A stretch of 64,000 bases of DNA from Podarcis bocagei (Eukaryota): NCBI GenBank assembly GCA_964188305.1, contig OZ076886.1; one strand, given 5' to 3'. The notes under the pieces are model-generated. The model saw only the letters and a list, made by a program, of their open reading frames with translations. It was not told the origin of the DNA and searched no databases. Shown here piece after piece: positions 62,323-64,000 of this stretch. Both the position numbers and the translations under genes were made by a program. The stretch's first letter is position 1, and each line of letters opens with the position of its first letter.

Positions 62323-64000
62323 ATAATGGGGACTGGGAGCTTGTCATTCCCATTCCTATGTTGTTCCAGTGACTTCACTACAGAGACCACAACTTGGTAG
62401 TTCTTCTTCCCTAGCTGCCACTAAGTTTGACAGAAACATGCAACCCATAATTTTTCAAATGGAGGTTTTAAACTTCCAATTAGAGGATGATGGAAGGGCA
62501 ATCGCTTACTGGCATGACAGGAAAATCAATACCCCCCCTCTCTTTGTAAGATTCCTTTCATGAGTGCCAGCAGAGCTTCAGTGAAAGGAGGAGAAATAAA
62601 TAATTAAACAAAGTAAGGAAAAACGTAGGTATTTCAACATGGGCTGGAACAGAGCTTGGCAAGAGGACAAACTAATTCTCCGTCTGCTAGCCCAGAAGAT
62701 GTGCTTTTTCGAGGACATGTTCTAAACAGTGCCAAAAAACCCATTTTGAGTTTGAGATTGCAGCCCCGAAAAATGTTTTTTTTTTGGGGGGGGGGGGTTG
62801 AGATCACAGTGACCAAAATGGCCACTGTGCTCTTGCAGGGGAAAATAGGATGTCCTGTTTTTTCTGGGACACTTGTGGGATATGCAGATGTGTTCATCAC
62901 TTGAAGGCTACAAAACTGACAGATAACTTCCCAAGTCTGAATGAGGTATTAGAGGTGAAACTGAATTTGGCAGAACTTACACATGAGGGTTTTTTTTAAG
63001 TCAATCCTTCTGTGAACCTTCTCTGAATTCCTATAGATGAGTCATTGAATGTTTTGTAATAAAGCTATTTGAAATCAAGTGCCACACATATATACGTAAA
63101 CAAACTCTTCTGTGATGTGGAGCTTTGCATGGAATCACCAGGTTCAGAGGCGGAGCTAGCTGCTCCAGAACCCAGAGCAGCCAATGGGGGTGGGGCTAGC
63201 CACCTGCGGGGGGTGCGCCACCGCTGCATGTCCCAGCAGGGGAGGGCAGGGGGCGGCGAGCGTCTCAGGGGTGCTGCCCATGGCGATGTCACCCACCTCA
63301 GGGATGACACCCGGGGCAGACTGCCCCCCGCCCCCTTTCTCCACCTCTGACCATAATCTGGCCCATAATTTGAGTATTTCAGTTCTTCCTTTCTAGCCAT
63401 CTTGGTTGTGAGTGTACATTGTTGGGATTTTCATTGTTTTTTGTGTCTCATTTTTACTTGTATTTTTAAAAAACGTTTTAACAGGACATGGTGCTCTTAG
63501 CATTTTTGCTGCTAATTATGCTGCTCTAAATGTGGCTCTTTATTGCATTTGTTGTTCCTTTGTAACAGTCTGTTTCAACATGTTGCACAGTTGTATTCAT
63601 GATGCTTTATGATAAGCTGTAAACCACTTAGCGGTCCCTCGAATGTAAAGCAGTATAGAAAAGATGTAAACCAATAAATGAATACATAATATTTGACAGA
63701 AGGCAAGTGACATCTGGAGGTAATGTTCCAGATCGAGAATCTGTATTTTTGTATATGATTCAGAATTGTTGGGGGCTCAGATGGATGGAGGAGGCAGAGG
63801 AGGAATACTTCTGATGGTAACGGCTATTTAAACAAACACCCACACCAACACCCATTTCATGTAATGTGTAATTTTGCCTTTAGTTACAAAAATTCTAAAA
63901 CAGAGACTTGATGCATGAAAGAGTATTTAACGAATCTCTGTGATGGAAGTATCTGGCTCTTTGGGCAGCTAGACTGGTGACTGGGAGTGGCTGCCGAGAC

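Noticed and set aside
594-63612. Remaining short ORFs of 60-150 aa
   Set aside because: No recognisable homology; many have non-ATG starts or lie in repeats or antisense to transposon ORFs.

Overview
Repeat-rich vertebrate genomic DNA, probably a squamate. Sauria SINE, BovB, CR1, L1/L2 tails and many hAT and Tc1/mariner MITEs point to a lizard, possibly a lacertid. I recognise no intact host gene. Two young, apparently intact autonomous elements are present: a Buster/Charlie-type hAT DNA transposon (10613-14860) and a Ty1/copia LTR retrotransposon (15752-20424) whose primer-binding site matches 31 nt of the 5' half of tRNA-iMet. The main finding is a gene-capturing ('Pack'-type) hAT family present twice, each copy with the same 15-bp TIR and a perfect 8-bp TSD. 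The transposase-bearing copy carries a CDK5R2 coding fragment and a promoter-like segment. The non-autonomous copy (49305-51861) carries two overlapping SIX5 exon-1 pieces plus the E2F5 promoter, exon 1 and start of intron 1. The three gene-derived cargos are GC-rich, and two capture junctions fall in the same subterminal repeat unit. Gene and family names come from recalled protein and repeat sequences, not from database searches.
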